64,000 bases of DNA from IMG/VR virus record IMGVR_UViG_3300025383_001098, one strand, 5' to 3'. The stretch is from a virus. This document shows positions 28,184 through 36,650 of the stretch, piece by piece. Below the pieces are notes generated by a model, which searched no databases, was not told where the DNA came from, and saw only the letters and a list, made by a program, of their open reading frames with translations. Position 1 is the stretch's first letter. Every line of letters begins with the position of its first letter. The translations under genes were made by a program, and so were the position numbers.

Positions 28184-29875
28184 ATGATACTTGGAATCGC
28201 CACTCTTGTTATTGCTTTACTAATCAGTTCTGTTTCAGCCTGGTATTCAATTCTGGGTCTTACCGCTATCTTTGCCGGTGCTACTGTGCCAGCAATTATC
28301 ATGGGCGGTGCCCTGGAATCCGGCAAGGTCATGGTAGCCATTTGGTTACACCAAAATTGGAAACGTGATCGCTTGTTGAAATTCTACTTGGTACCGGCTT
28401 TGGTATTCTTAATGCTACTGACATCAGTTGGTGTATTTGGATTCCTATCAAAAGCACACTTGGACCAAAGCGTTCCGTCGGGTGATATTCAAGCACAAGT
28501 ACAACTATTTGATGAAAAGATTCAAACTCAACGTGATAATATTGCCGCTGCACGTCGAGCATTACAACAAATGGATGCGGCTGTAGACCAAATAATGGGT
28601 CGCTCAACCGATGAGCAAGGTGCAGACAAGGCCGCTAACCTACGCCGAAGTCAAGCACGTGAACGCACACAATTACAAAACGATATTAGTCGAGCACAAA
28701 AAGAAATTGCTACCTTACAGGAACAACGTGCTCCTGTTGCCAGTCAATATCGTAAAGTAGAAGCCGAAGTTGGCCCTATCAAATATGTTGCGGCTCTGTT
28801 TAGTTCGGGTGCGCCAGACCAAGACATGCTGGAACGTGCTGTACGTTGGGTCATTATCCTAATTGTCATAGTATTCGATCCTTTGGCTATTATTCTTATT
28901 ATCGCTGGTATTAGCCAGCTGGGATGGTATCGTCAAAAGAGTGGCAGTTCCACTGGCTATGTGCCGGATGAATCTGGTAAAACCATTGACGAACAAATTG
29001 AAGAAATAGAACCAGAACCCAGCCAGACTAAGACCGTGCCGGACACAGTAACTGAAGAAGAGGAAGAAGCGTGGAAACAACTTGAAGCACAGCAACCAAT
29101 GGTAGTTGTTCCATCATCGTCTCCAATTACAAGTTATACTGTGACCACTACCTACAGTGATCCCGAGCCTGAAGTGGACGTTGAGGAAGCCAATCGTTTA
29201 GCACAAGAAGCCATGGTTGATAGAGAACCAGAGTATACTATAGTAGGCGATGCCGATGAAGAAGATCATTCCGCGGTAGATGCAGAATTGGCACAGGCCA
29301 GACAGGAAGCTGAACTGTTAGCACAGTATGTCGCAGAACGTGAAGCAGAACTACAGGCCGAAATTGAAAAACTACGAGCACAAGTATTGGCCAATGTTCC
29401 ACATCCGACTAATACTGACAATCCAGTAGACTTCCCTGCCGTGGAGGAACCAGTAATAGAACCAGAGCCAGAGCCAGAGCCTATAATTGAAACTCCTGCA
29501 GATAATGGTCCCAACTTTGAAGCAGTAAGAATGCCTGGCAGTCAAGAATGGGTACAAACTGGACCCAAGTTTGAAGAACCCAAAGCAGAACAGTTGACAA
29601 GACCAATTCGCAGTGACTTTGGGTCAAGTTTTCCAAATGATCCCGAGCGTGGCGACATGTTCTTGCGTACTGATTTCAAACCCAGCAGATTGTTTAAATG
29701 GAATGATGTTAAATGGATCGAAGTTAATAAAGCCACTACGGATGTTTACAACTATAATGATGCTTACATACAATTTTTAGCAGATAAACTAAGTACAGGC
29801 GAATATTCAGCCGATGATTTAACGGAAAACGAATTACAACAAGTTCAACGTGCTATAGGCGGTTATCGTGTCTGA
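28184..29875 (+). CDS. multi-pass membrane protein with long coiled coil and acidic tail
   Basis: Three N-terminal TM segments, coiled coil, EAEVGPIKYVA, fourth TM (VFDPLAI), E/P-rich tail. Confidence 0.75.
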   Translation: MILGIATLVIALLISSVSAWYSILGLTAIFAGATVPAIIMGGALESGKVMVAIWLHQNWKRDRLLKFYLVPALVFLMLLTSVGVFGFLSKAHLDQSVPSGDIQAQVQLFDEKIQTQRDNIAAARRALQQMDAAVDQIMGRSTDEQGADKAANLRRSQARERTQLQNDISRAQKEIATLQEQRAPVASQYRKVEAEVGPIKYVAALFSSGAPDQDMLERAVRWVIILIVIVFDPLAIILIIAGISQLGWYRQKSGSSTGYVPDESGKTIDEQIEEIEPEPSQTKTVPDTVTEEEEEAWKQLEAQQPMVVVPSSSPITSYTVTTTYSDPEPEVDVEEANRLAQEAMVDREPEYTIVGDADEEDHSAVDAELAQARQEAELLAQYVAEREAELQAEIEKLRAQVLANVPHPTNTDNPVDFPAVEEPVIEPEPEPEPIIETPADNGPNFEAVRMPGSQEWVQTGPKFEEPKAEQLTRPIRSDFGSSFPNDPERGDMFLRTDFKPSRLFKWNDVKWIEVNKATTDVYNYNDAYIQFLADKLSTGEYSADDLTENELQQVQRAIGGYRV

Positions 29876-30140
29876 TTACACAAATCTTATTACACCCCCG
29901 GATTTTGTTGAAGACGCCAAGCATACTGTATTATTGCTAAATCCCAAGCAAGAAGAAGTACAAGAGTTGGCAGAATGGTGCCAACAAGCAGAGCAGTATT
30001 TTAACATATACATTTACAACGAAACTATGGGACGTCCAGATTGGGCTAAAACAGCGGCAGGACTTGCTGATGCTATTATTGATTGTGCTACTGGGTCTCC
30101 TTTAAAATATTTTACAAAGTTAGACAAATTAGTTAAATAA
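29868..30140 (+). CDS. hypothetical protein
   Basis: Operon-packed ORF, GTG start. Confidence 0.6.
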   Translation: MSDYTNLITPPDFVEDAKHTVLLLNPKQEEVQELAEWCQQAEQYFNIYIYNETMGRPDWAKTAAGLADAIIDCATGSPLKYFTKLDKLVK

Positions 30141-30144
30141 CACT

Positions 30145-30393
30145 ATGGCCTTCGAAAAACCCAAATTCAATAAAATCATCGGAAATACTGTAGTAGTTGG
30201 TATGGACGGAAATGTAGAAAAAGCTCTACGCAAATTCAAAAAGAAAGTCTTAGAATCTGGCTTGCTTAACGAGTTGCGTGAACGTGAAACCTACACCAAG
30301 CCTACTACCAAACGCAAACAAGCCAAAGCCGCTGCCAAGCGTCGCTGGCAGAAAAAACTGCGTGACCAACAGTTGCCCAAAAAACTTTATTAA
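30145..30393 (+). CDS. rpsU: ribosomal protein bS21
   Basis: VEKALRKFKKKV..GLLNELRERETYTKPTTKRK..KAAAKRR. Confidence 0.92.
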   Translation: MAFEKPKFNKIIGNTVVVGMDGNVEKALRKFKKKVLESGLLNELRERETYTKPTTKRKQAKAAAKRRWQKKLRDQQLPKKLY

Positions 30394-30585
30394 ATGAAAA
30401 TAATAGACATTTATAATTTGTCAGAATTTGACAAATATAAAATATTATTTGAATATCTTAAAGAAAAAGAAATAAGAGAAAATAACAAAACTGTCAGGTT
30501 GGCCTGGGAACAGTATAAAACTTTGGTAAATTTAACTGATCCTGGAGTTCCTCCGGAACCAATCGATGAAACACAGTTTGGTTAA
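30394..30585 (+). CDS. hypothetical protein
   Basis: Directly follows rpsU; AWEQYKTLVNL motif. Confidence 0.5.
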   Translation: MKIIDIYNLSEFDKYKILFEYLKEKEIRENNKTVRLAWEQYKTLVNLTDPGVPPEPIDETQFG

Positions 30586-30588
30586 TTG

Positions 30589-30619
30589 TTGACAAATTAA
30601 GAATTTTCCTGTATAAATA
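30589..30619 (+). promoter_or_regulatory. composite sigma70/late promoter of hsp20
   Basis: TTGACA-17-TATAAA overlapping TATAAATA (30612-30619). Confidence 0.65.
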
Positions 30620-30623
30620 TATT

Positions 30624-30690
30624 TGTAGTGCCGATAGTCGGGCTACACATTTAAAGTCATTACTTGCTTAAAAAGGAGAAAACAAATGAC
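30624..30690 (+). promoter_or_regulatory. ROSE-like RNA thermometer leader
   Basis: 5' hairpin, then CUU(G)CUU pairing with the AAGGAG SD and GUCAUU pairing with AAUGAC over the start codon. Confidence 0.65.
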
Positions 30691-31144
30691 ACAATTACAA
30701 ATCCACACCCTTGACTTACCTAACTTTGTGAATCAAATTCACCGTCAGACCATTGGCTTTGATCGCATTTTTGACGAGCTAAATCGCAATTTTGTAAACA
30801 GCCGTGGCGACAATGGTAACTACCCTCCATACAATATCAGTAAATTAGATGATACTCACTATGTTGTAGAAGTTGCTGTTGCTGGCTTTAAAGAGTCAGA
30901 ACTTGACGTAGAACTCAAGGACAATGTTTTAACTGTTAAAGGTGAACAAGAAAAGAAAGAAGTAGAGATTGAATACTTACACAAAGGTATCAGTGCTCGT
31001 AACTTTGTTCGCACTTTCACTTTGGCCGATGATGTAGAAGTACGTGCGGCTACAGTTCAAAACGGTATTTTGGCAATCGCTTTGGAACATGTAATTCCAG
31101 AAGAAAAACAGCCAAAAAAGATTGCTATTACTTTCAAGAAGTAG
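30686..31144 (+). CDS. small heat-shock protein (Hsp20/IbpA-like)
   Basis: IGFDRIF, YPPYNI, EVAVAGF, YLHKGISARNF, NGILAI, PEEKQPKKI. Confidence 0.95.
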   Translation: MTQLQIHTLDLPNFVNQIHRQTIGFDRIFDELNRNFVNSRGDNGNYPPYNISKLDDTHYVVEVAVAGFKESELDVELKDNVLTVKGEQEKKEVEIEYLHKGISARNFVRTFTLADDVEVRAATVQNGILAIALEHVIPEEKQPKKIAITFKK

Positions 31145-31157
31145 TATAATCTACACA

Positions 31158-31185
31158 CAAGGGCAGAATCACCTGCCCTTGTTTT
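31158..31185 (+). terminator. stem-loop after hsp20 (terminator or 5' stabiliser)
   Basis: CAAGGGCAG-loop-CTGCCCTTG-TTTT; a TTGCTA-17-TATAAT promoter (31122-31150) lies just upstream. Confidence 0.6.
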
Positions 31186-31200
31186 ATAAATATTAATACT

Positions 31201-31515
31201 ATGGCAGACACTAAAACTCAAATTGAGATTCGTCCAAGCATTGCTCCTAAATCTGGACTTAAAGAACCTTCAAATTTTAATGTAATCTATATCAATGATG
31301 AAGTTACTACACAGGAATTTGTCATTGAAAGTCTTACATCTATTTTTAACTATGCCAGAGAATCTGCCGAAACACTGACTCTACGAGTACACGAAGAAGG
31401 GTCAGCTGTAGTAGCAACATTACCGTATGAAATGGCCGAGCAAAAAGGTATTGAAGTTACACTACTTGCTCGTAATCATGGATTTCCATTACAAGTTAAA
31501 ATAGAATCTGAATGA
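31201..31515 (+). CDS. clpS: ClpS N-end-rule adaptor
   Basis: FNVIYINDEVTTQEFV, VHEEGSAVV, EMAEQK, GFPLQVKIE. Confidence 0.9.
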   Translation: MADTKTQIEIRPSIAPKSGLKEPSNFNVIYINDEVTTQEFVIESLTSIFNYARESAETLTLRVHEEGSAVVATLPYEMAEQKGIEVTLLARNHGFPLQVKIESE

Positions 31516-31988
31516 TATTCAATCACATCCGTAAACTCAAAGACGATGGTAAGCGTATTGGCATTACCTTCTCCACATTCGACATGCTACACGCAGGACA
31601 TATTGCCATGCTTGCTGAAGCAAAAAATCATTGCGATTATTTAATTGCCGGCCTACAAACCGATCCTACTATTGATCGTCCCGATACTAAAAACAAACCT
31701 GTACAAAGTATTGTTGAACGTCAGATCCAATTAGCGGCTTGCCGTTATGTAGACGAAGTAGTAGTTTATCAAACCGAACAGGACTTAGTAGACTTGTTAC
31801 TAATCCTACCAATTGATGTTCGGGTACTTGGTGTTGAATATGAGCAATCAGAATACACCGGCAAGCGTGAAGGATTTATGCGTGGCATTGAATGTATCTT
31901 TAATCGCAGAGATCACTCATTCTCCAGCTCGGGCTTGCGTAGTCGTGTAGTAGAAGCAGAATCACTAAAAATTCTCAAGAAAAAATAA
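31512..31988 (+). CDS. TagD-like cytidylyltransferase
   Basis: TFDMLHAGH, GLQTD, ER....ACRYVDEV, SSSGLR. Confidence 0.9.
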   Translation: MIFNHIRKLKDDGKRIGITFSTFDMLHAGHIAMLAEAKNHCDYLIAGLQTDPTIDRPDTKNKPVQSIVERQIQLAACRYVDEVVVYQTEQDLVDLLLILPIDVRVLGVEYEQSEYTGKREGFMRGIECIFNRRDHSFSSSGLRSRVVEAESLKILKKK

Positions 31989-33037
31989 TGTTGTTAGTCT
32001 ATTCTGACTGGAAGGCATATCGCCAAGGCTGTATGTTCCTTGAAGGTTTGGGCATACCATATAGACTAACTGTTAATCTTGACGAATATCTATCCACTCC
32101 GGCCGACATTAAATTGGCCATTTCTAACAGTAGATTTGGTAAATTTTTTAGTACAATACACTACCAAGAATTTGTTAATACTGTAAACAATATCGCCGCC
32201 CAAAGTGATGCTGTTGTTTTAATCGAAAGCGAACTGCATCAAGAATCTTGTTTTTATTCACGGTGTAGATCAAATGTTCATTGGGTTATTCCCGGTATTG
32301 TAAATACCAAACTTGACAATCAATTTTTCAGCGGCGCCTGGTTAGAAAGAACCAGAGACTTGTACAGACAACTGCCCGACAAATTAAGTCAACTCGATCC
32401 TTTGTCTGTTAAACCAAAATACTTTGATGCTTTATTGGGAATGGTAAAACCGCATAGAACCTTTGTTTTTAATTCTGTTGGCGAACATAGACTCGCAGAC
32501 AAAATTATAGAGACTTATAGTGCAGCAAAACAAGATTTTTTGTACGAATCTGGCACGGTTCGTGCTGATAATAACCCCGATACTACACAGAATATTGTCT
32601 ACGAAGGCATAGACACAACCATAAGCCAGGTTATTCCCATTGGTATCTATAACCAAACAGCCTATACCATTGTAACCGAAACTGACACGGATAATGAATT
32701 TAGTTTTTTTACCGAAAAAATAGCCAAACCATTAATAGCACGTAGGCTATTTGTAGTATTTTCGGGACAGCATTATCTACAAAATTTACGCAGTTTAGGT
32801 TTTAAAACATTTGATGGTATTATCGATGAAACCTATGACACTATTGAAAATGCGGAACATCGTTTTATATCTGCTTTTCAACAGGTAAAACGATTGTGTG
32901 AAATGAACCAGTCTGAAGTACTTGCCCAAATCAACGAAATAGTAAATCACAATCATCAGATGATTATGAACGGCGAGTGGGGCAATATGGTACGACAGTA
33001 TCCTGCTGATGTTGTCAAAAACTTGACAAATAAATAA
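31988..33037 (+). CDS. putative glycosyltransferase (GT10-like motif), paralogue 2
   Basis: FDALLGMVKPHR, YTIVTET...FFTEKIAKP, LGFKTFDGIIDETYD. Confidence 0.55.
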   Translation: MLLVYSDWKAYRQGCMFLEGLGIPYRLTVNLDEYLSTPADIKLAISNSRFGKFFSTIHYQEFVNTVNNIAAQSDAVVLIESELHQESCFYSRCRSNVHWVIPGIVNTKLDNQFFSGAWLERTRDLYRQLPDKLSQLDPLSVKPKYFDALLGMVKPHRTFVFNSVGEHRLADKIIETYSAAKQDFLYESGTVRADNNPDTTQNIVYEGIDTTISQVIPIGIYNQTAYTIVTETDTDNEFSFFTEKIAKPLIARRLFVVFSGQHYLQNLRSLGFKTFDGIIDETYDTIENAEHRFISAFQQVKRLCEMNQSEVLAQINEIVNHNHQMIMNGEWGNMVRQYPADVVKNLTNK

Positions 33038-33051
33038 AAACCCATTATAAT
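33023..33051 (+). promoter_or_regulatory. consensus sigma70 promoter (leaderless transcript)
   Basis: TTGACA-17-TATAAT; ATG 33058 is 6 nt downstream. Confidence 0.8.
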
Positions 33052-33057
33052 ACAAGC

Positions 33058-33591
33058 ATGGATATAATGCTTGATTTAGAATCGTTAGGAACACGCCCAG
33101 ATTGTGTAATATTAACTTTGGGTGCTGTTAAATTTGATCCCTTTGAATTAGGGAAAGAACCGGGCCCGGGGCTATATCTACGAATAGACGTAGATGAACA
33201 AACCGCGATTGGGCGTAATATCCAAGACGACACTTTAAACTGGTGGATGAATCAAGCCGAGGATGTACGCGAAGAAGCCTTTGGTACAGAAGATCGTGTT
33301 AGTTTATCTACTATGTATCAAGAACTTAATCGCTTTTTAGTAGGTGCCAATAATATCTGGGCGCAAGGTCCAGTATTTGATATTGCTATTTTAGAAAACA
33401 TTTATCGTCAACAGGGCTGGCCAACCCCATGGCAGTTCTGGCAGATACGTGACTCACGTACACTATTTGGTGTACACGGAGATCCACGTGAAAAAGGCAA
33501 AGCTGGATTACATAATGCTTTAGAAGATTGTGTTAGCCAAGCAGTTGCAGTTCAAAAAGTCTATAATAAACTGGGTTTAACTAAAACCTAA
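33058..33591 (+). CDS. DEDDh 3'-5' exonuclease (DexA/RNase AS-like)
   Basis: MLDLESLG, WAQGPVFD, RDSRT, HNALEDC. Confidence 0.9.
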   Translation: MDIMLDLESLGTRPDCVILTLGAVKFDPFELGKEPGPGLYLRIDVDEQTAIGRNIQDDTLNWWMNQAEDVREEAFGTEDRVSLSTMYQELNRFLVGANNIWAQGPVFDIAILENIYRQQGWPTPWQFWQIRDSRTLFGVHGDPREKGKAGLHNALEDCVSQAVAVQKVYNKLGLTKT

Positions 33592-33701
33592 CTCTAAGAG
33601 AAAACACACACTTAAATTTCTTTCGGATCCTGTTAAATACTAATAGGAGCTGGAATCTACACGATTCTGCTACCAATAATAATAATTAAAAAAGGTAGAA
33701 G

Positions 33702-34184
33702 ATGCGTTGTTTCAACAAGATTATTCTAATCATAATCGCCGGGTGGGCAAGTAGTACCTACGCCACTCCGATAAACGACTTTCAATTTAAAAGCCCAAGT
33801 TTAAACGGATCTGGATATGGCGCTTTCCAACTTGGCTTGGAAAACGAGCAATATACACGTCAGCAAGCCGTTGCGGCACAACTCAAAGCCGATGCTGTAG
33901 CAGCAGCTGCGGCAGCACAAAACACTCCCTTACAACAATTTCTAACTAACTTAGAGTCGCGTATCTACGCACAAATATCTCAAAACGTAGCTACAAGTAT
34001 GTTCAGTACCCCGGGACAAGTTCAGCCCGGTAGCATTGCCTTTGGCGCTGGAAATATAACTTGGGGACAGATTATCATGCCCGGCGGAGGCCAGGGAATA
34101 CAATTACACGTGTTTGATGGTATGAATATGACTACTATCAACGTGCCAATGGGCCAATTTACACCAGGCGGGGGCGGGCAATAA
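33702..34184 (+). CDS. csgF: curli assembly protein CsgF-like
   Basis: Signal peptide; FQFKSPSLNGSG (cf. CsgF F.F.NP.FGG); FLTNLESRIYAQIS; directly upstream of csgG. Confidence 0.8.
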   Translation: MRCFNKIILIIIAGWASSTYATPINDFQFKSPSLNGSGYGAFQLGLENEQYTRQQAVAAQLKADAVAAAAAAQNTPLQQFLTNLESRIYAQISQNVATSMFSTPGQVQPGSIAFGAGNITWGQIIMPGGGQGIQLHVFDGMNMTTINVPMGQFTPGGGGQ

Positions 34185-35488
34185 TGAAACGCTTATTAAT
34201 TTTATCCGCCTTGGTTGCTCTATTGTCTGGTTGTGCTGTTAGCCAGAAAGTGGGCCTCCTGGAAGAAAAACCAAAACTAATGAAACAGGAAATGGTCAAA
34301 GAACTTGATTCTGTTCCTCCTCCTCGTAACGGTAGATTAACTGTGGCGGTGTATAGTTTTGCTGATAAAACAGGACAACGTAAAGCAACCCCGGGAGTGG
34401 CAAGTTTTTCAACAGCAGTTACACAAGGTGGTGACGCATTGTTGATACGTGCTTTACAAGATGTTGGACGTGGCACTTGGTTTGACGTAGTTGAGCGCGG
34501 CGGATTAGATAATTTAACCAAAGAACGACTAATCATTACACAGATGCGACAGGCCTACGAAGGCAACAACGCACAAAAATTAATGCCTTTACAATTTGCC
34601 GGTATCTTAATTGAAGGCGGAATCATTGGATATGATTCAGGATTAGAATCTGGTGGTACAGGTTATAACTTCTTGGGCATTGGTCCCACAACACAATACA
34701 GCAAAGATGTAATCACAATCAGCCTACGTGCTGTAAGTGTAAACACAGGTAAGATATTAGCCACAGTAGCAGTTACAAAAACAGTTTATTCTACAGCAGA
34801 TGCTATTGCTATCTTTAAGAGTGTAGATCCAGGCGGAAGTATAAATGATTTAGTTAAACAAATTGGTGCGCCAAACACAGGAAGTCAAAGTTCTGTTGCT
34901 GCCATATTTCAATTTGAATCTGGTCTAACAGTCAACGAAGCAACTACTATTGCACTTAAGGCCGCTGTTGAAAGTAGTGTAGTTGAATTAATTAAAGAAG
35001 GCGAGCGTAAAGGGATATGGGAATATAAGTTTCCAATGACCCCAGACAAATCATGGTGGGATCTCAGCCGAGACGAAACAAAACCAGTGGCGGAAGTTAA
35101 AAAAGAAGAACCAAAAACACAGCCAGTGGTAGAAGTTAAAAAAGAAGAGCCAACAGTTGCACCAATTGGTCTAAAGAAAACAACCTTGGCTGATGCTACC
35201 AGAGTCTACTCTACCAAGTCAAATTTAAATGGGCCAAGTTACGGACCATATTTAATATATCCTAAGGATACAGTAGTACAGGTAGCACCAACAGAGTTTA
35301 ATGATGTTGTAGAAATAACAACCCCTAACGGTAAACGCGGTTATGTTAAATCTGCACAAATTAAAGAAGAAGTAGTTGTGCCAAAAACATCACCTAAATT
35401 GACTACGGAAGCAGTAATTCCGTTGAGTCAATCAAATAAGGCAGATGTTCCGGCAGATGTATCAGCAAAAGAAGGAGTATTAAAATAG
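34184..35488 (+). CDS. csgG: curli secretion channel CsgG lipoprotein with C-terminal extension
   Basis: Lipobox LLSGC; VAVYSFADKTGQRK, FSTAVTQG, WFDVVERGGLDNLTKER, IEGGIIGYD, LRAVSVNTG. Confidence 0.93.
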   Translation: MKRLLILSALVALLSGCAVSQKVGLLEEKPKLMKQEMVKELDSVPPPRNGRLTVAVYSFADKTGQRKATPGVASFSTAVTQGGDALLIRALQDVGRGTWFDVVERGGLDNLTKERLIITQMRQAYEGNNAQKLMPLQFAGILIEGGIIGYDSGLESGGTGYNFLGIGPTTQYSKDVITISLRAVSVNTGKILATVAVTKTVYSTADAIAIFKSVDPGGSINDLVKQIGAPNTGSQSSVAAIFQFESGLTVNEATTIALKAAVESSVVELIKEGERKGIWEYKFPMTPDKSWWDLSRDETKPVAEVKKEEPKTQPVVEVKKEEPTVAPIGLKKTTLADATRVYSTKSNLNGPSYGPYLIYPKDTVVQVAPTEFNDVVEITTPNGKRGYVKSAQIKEEVVVPKTSPKLTTEAVIPLSQSNKADVPADVSAKEGVLK

Positions 35489-35551
35489 GAGCAATACCGA
35501 TGGAGTAGTAGGAGCCATAGGACAAGGCCATAGGCCAAAGGAAAAAAGAAA

Positions 35552-36478
35552 ATGAAATATAGACTGGCAAGAATAATAACAATAATGCTTGGTCTTGTGT
35601 GTACAGGTGTTTATGCTGCTGATAACAGCATTTACATTAATCAAACAGGTAGCAATTCGACAATTAACATGACCCAGAATGGTGCGAGTAACGTTGTCGA
35701 GGGCATTCAGACAACCGGCTCGGGCCCAACCACGCCCGCAGTAATTACAGGTAATAATAACACAGTCAACGTAAGTCAAGTTGGTTCTGGCAATACTCTA
35801 CAGTTAGGTGTACAAACTGGTATAGCCAATAGTGGACAAAATACGGGTTCGGGATCAGGTAATAACTTTACCTACAACGTGACCGGTGACAATGCCACAG
35901 CCGTTATTAATAGTAATAATACAGGCACAGCAGGAGCGAGCTTGAGTAATAATGTTACTGTGAACCAAAGCGGTGATAATTCCAACTTGAATGTTAACCT
36001 ATTAGGGTCAAATAATAACTTTACAGCAACAACCAGCGGTGGTGCAAGCAATAGTGTAGTAGCTACTATCAAAGGCACCGGTACTAATGATACTATTAGT
36101 ATGACTGGCGGAGCAAGTAATAGTATGACTTTGAATCAAGGTGTAAACACTAACGTGGTAACAGGTACAAATGTAAACGTATCAAGTGTTGGTAGTAATA
36201 ACACTTATACATTAAACCAAGATGGTGGTACTAATGGTAACTCAATTACCATTGGTGGATATAATGCCACTGGTACAAACGTAAGTGGATCAGCAGTTGG
36301 CAATGGTAATACCTATACCGTGACACAGTCAGGTAGTTATGATAATACCTTGGTACTTGGTGTAACTGGTGGTAGCAATACCTTCGGCATTACACAAACA
36401 GCAACAGGCGGTAATAATGTAACTAACATTCAATCGAATGGTAGTAGCAACTCATGGACAATACACCAAACACGCTAA
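35552..36478 (+). CDS. curlin-repeat (CsgA/CsgB-like) protein
   Basis: Signal peptide, then many N-x-[ILV]-x-[ILV]-x-Q-x-G-x-x-N repeats; N/G/T/S-rich. Confidence 0.8.
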   Translation: MKYRLARIITIMLGLVCTGVYAADNSIYINQTGSNSTINMTQNGASNVVEGIQTTGSGPTTPAVITGNNNTVNVSQVGSGNTLQLGVQTGIANSGQNTGSGSGNNFTYNVTGDNATAVINSNNTGTAGASLSNNVTVNQSGDNSNLNVNLLGSNNNFTATTSGGASNSVVATIKGTGTNDTISMTGGASNSMTLNQGVNTNVVTGTNVNVSSVGSNNTYTLNQDGGTNGNSITIGGYNATGTNVSGSAVGNGNTYTVTQSGSYDNTLVLGVTGGSNTFGITQTATGGNNVTNIQSNGSSNSWTIHQTR

Positions 36479-36479
36479 T

Positions 36480-36650
36480 ATGGATAGACGTTTTTTGGAA
36501 ATAATGTATCAACAGTGGAGTCAGGGCATGACAGACTATGCTCACCGCTGGATAGATTTTGTGGAAATGGCTGCAAAGGTTAATGGAACCACAGCCGATC
36601 AAATAATGAAAGAGTTACAGAAATGCCATTGGTTTATAAAGGGAGACTGA
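36480..36650 (+). CDS. small hypothetical protein
   Basis: ATG 1 nt after the curlin stop; MDRRFLEIMYQQW. Confidence 0.45.
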   Translation: MDRRFLEIMYQQWSQGMTDYAHRWIDFVEMAAKVNGTTADQIMKELQKCHWFIKGD

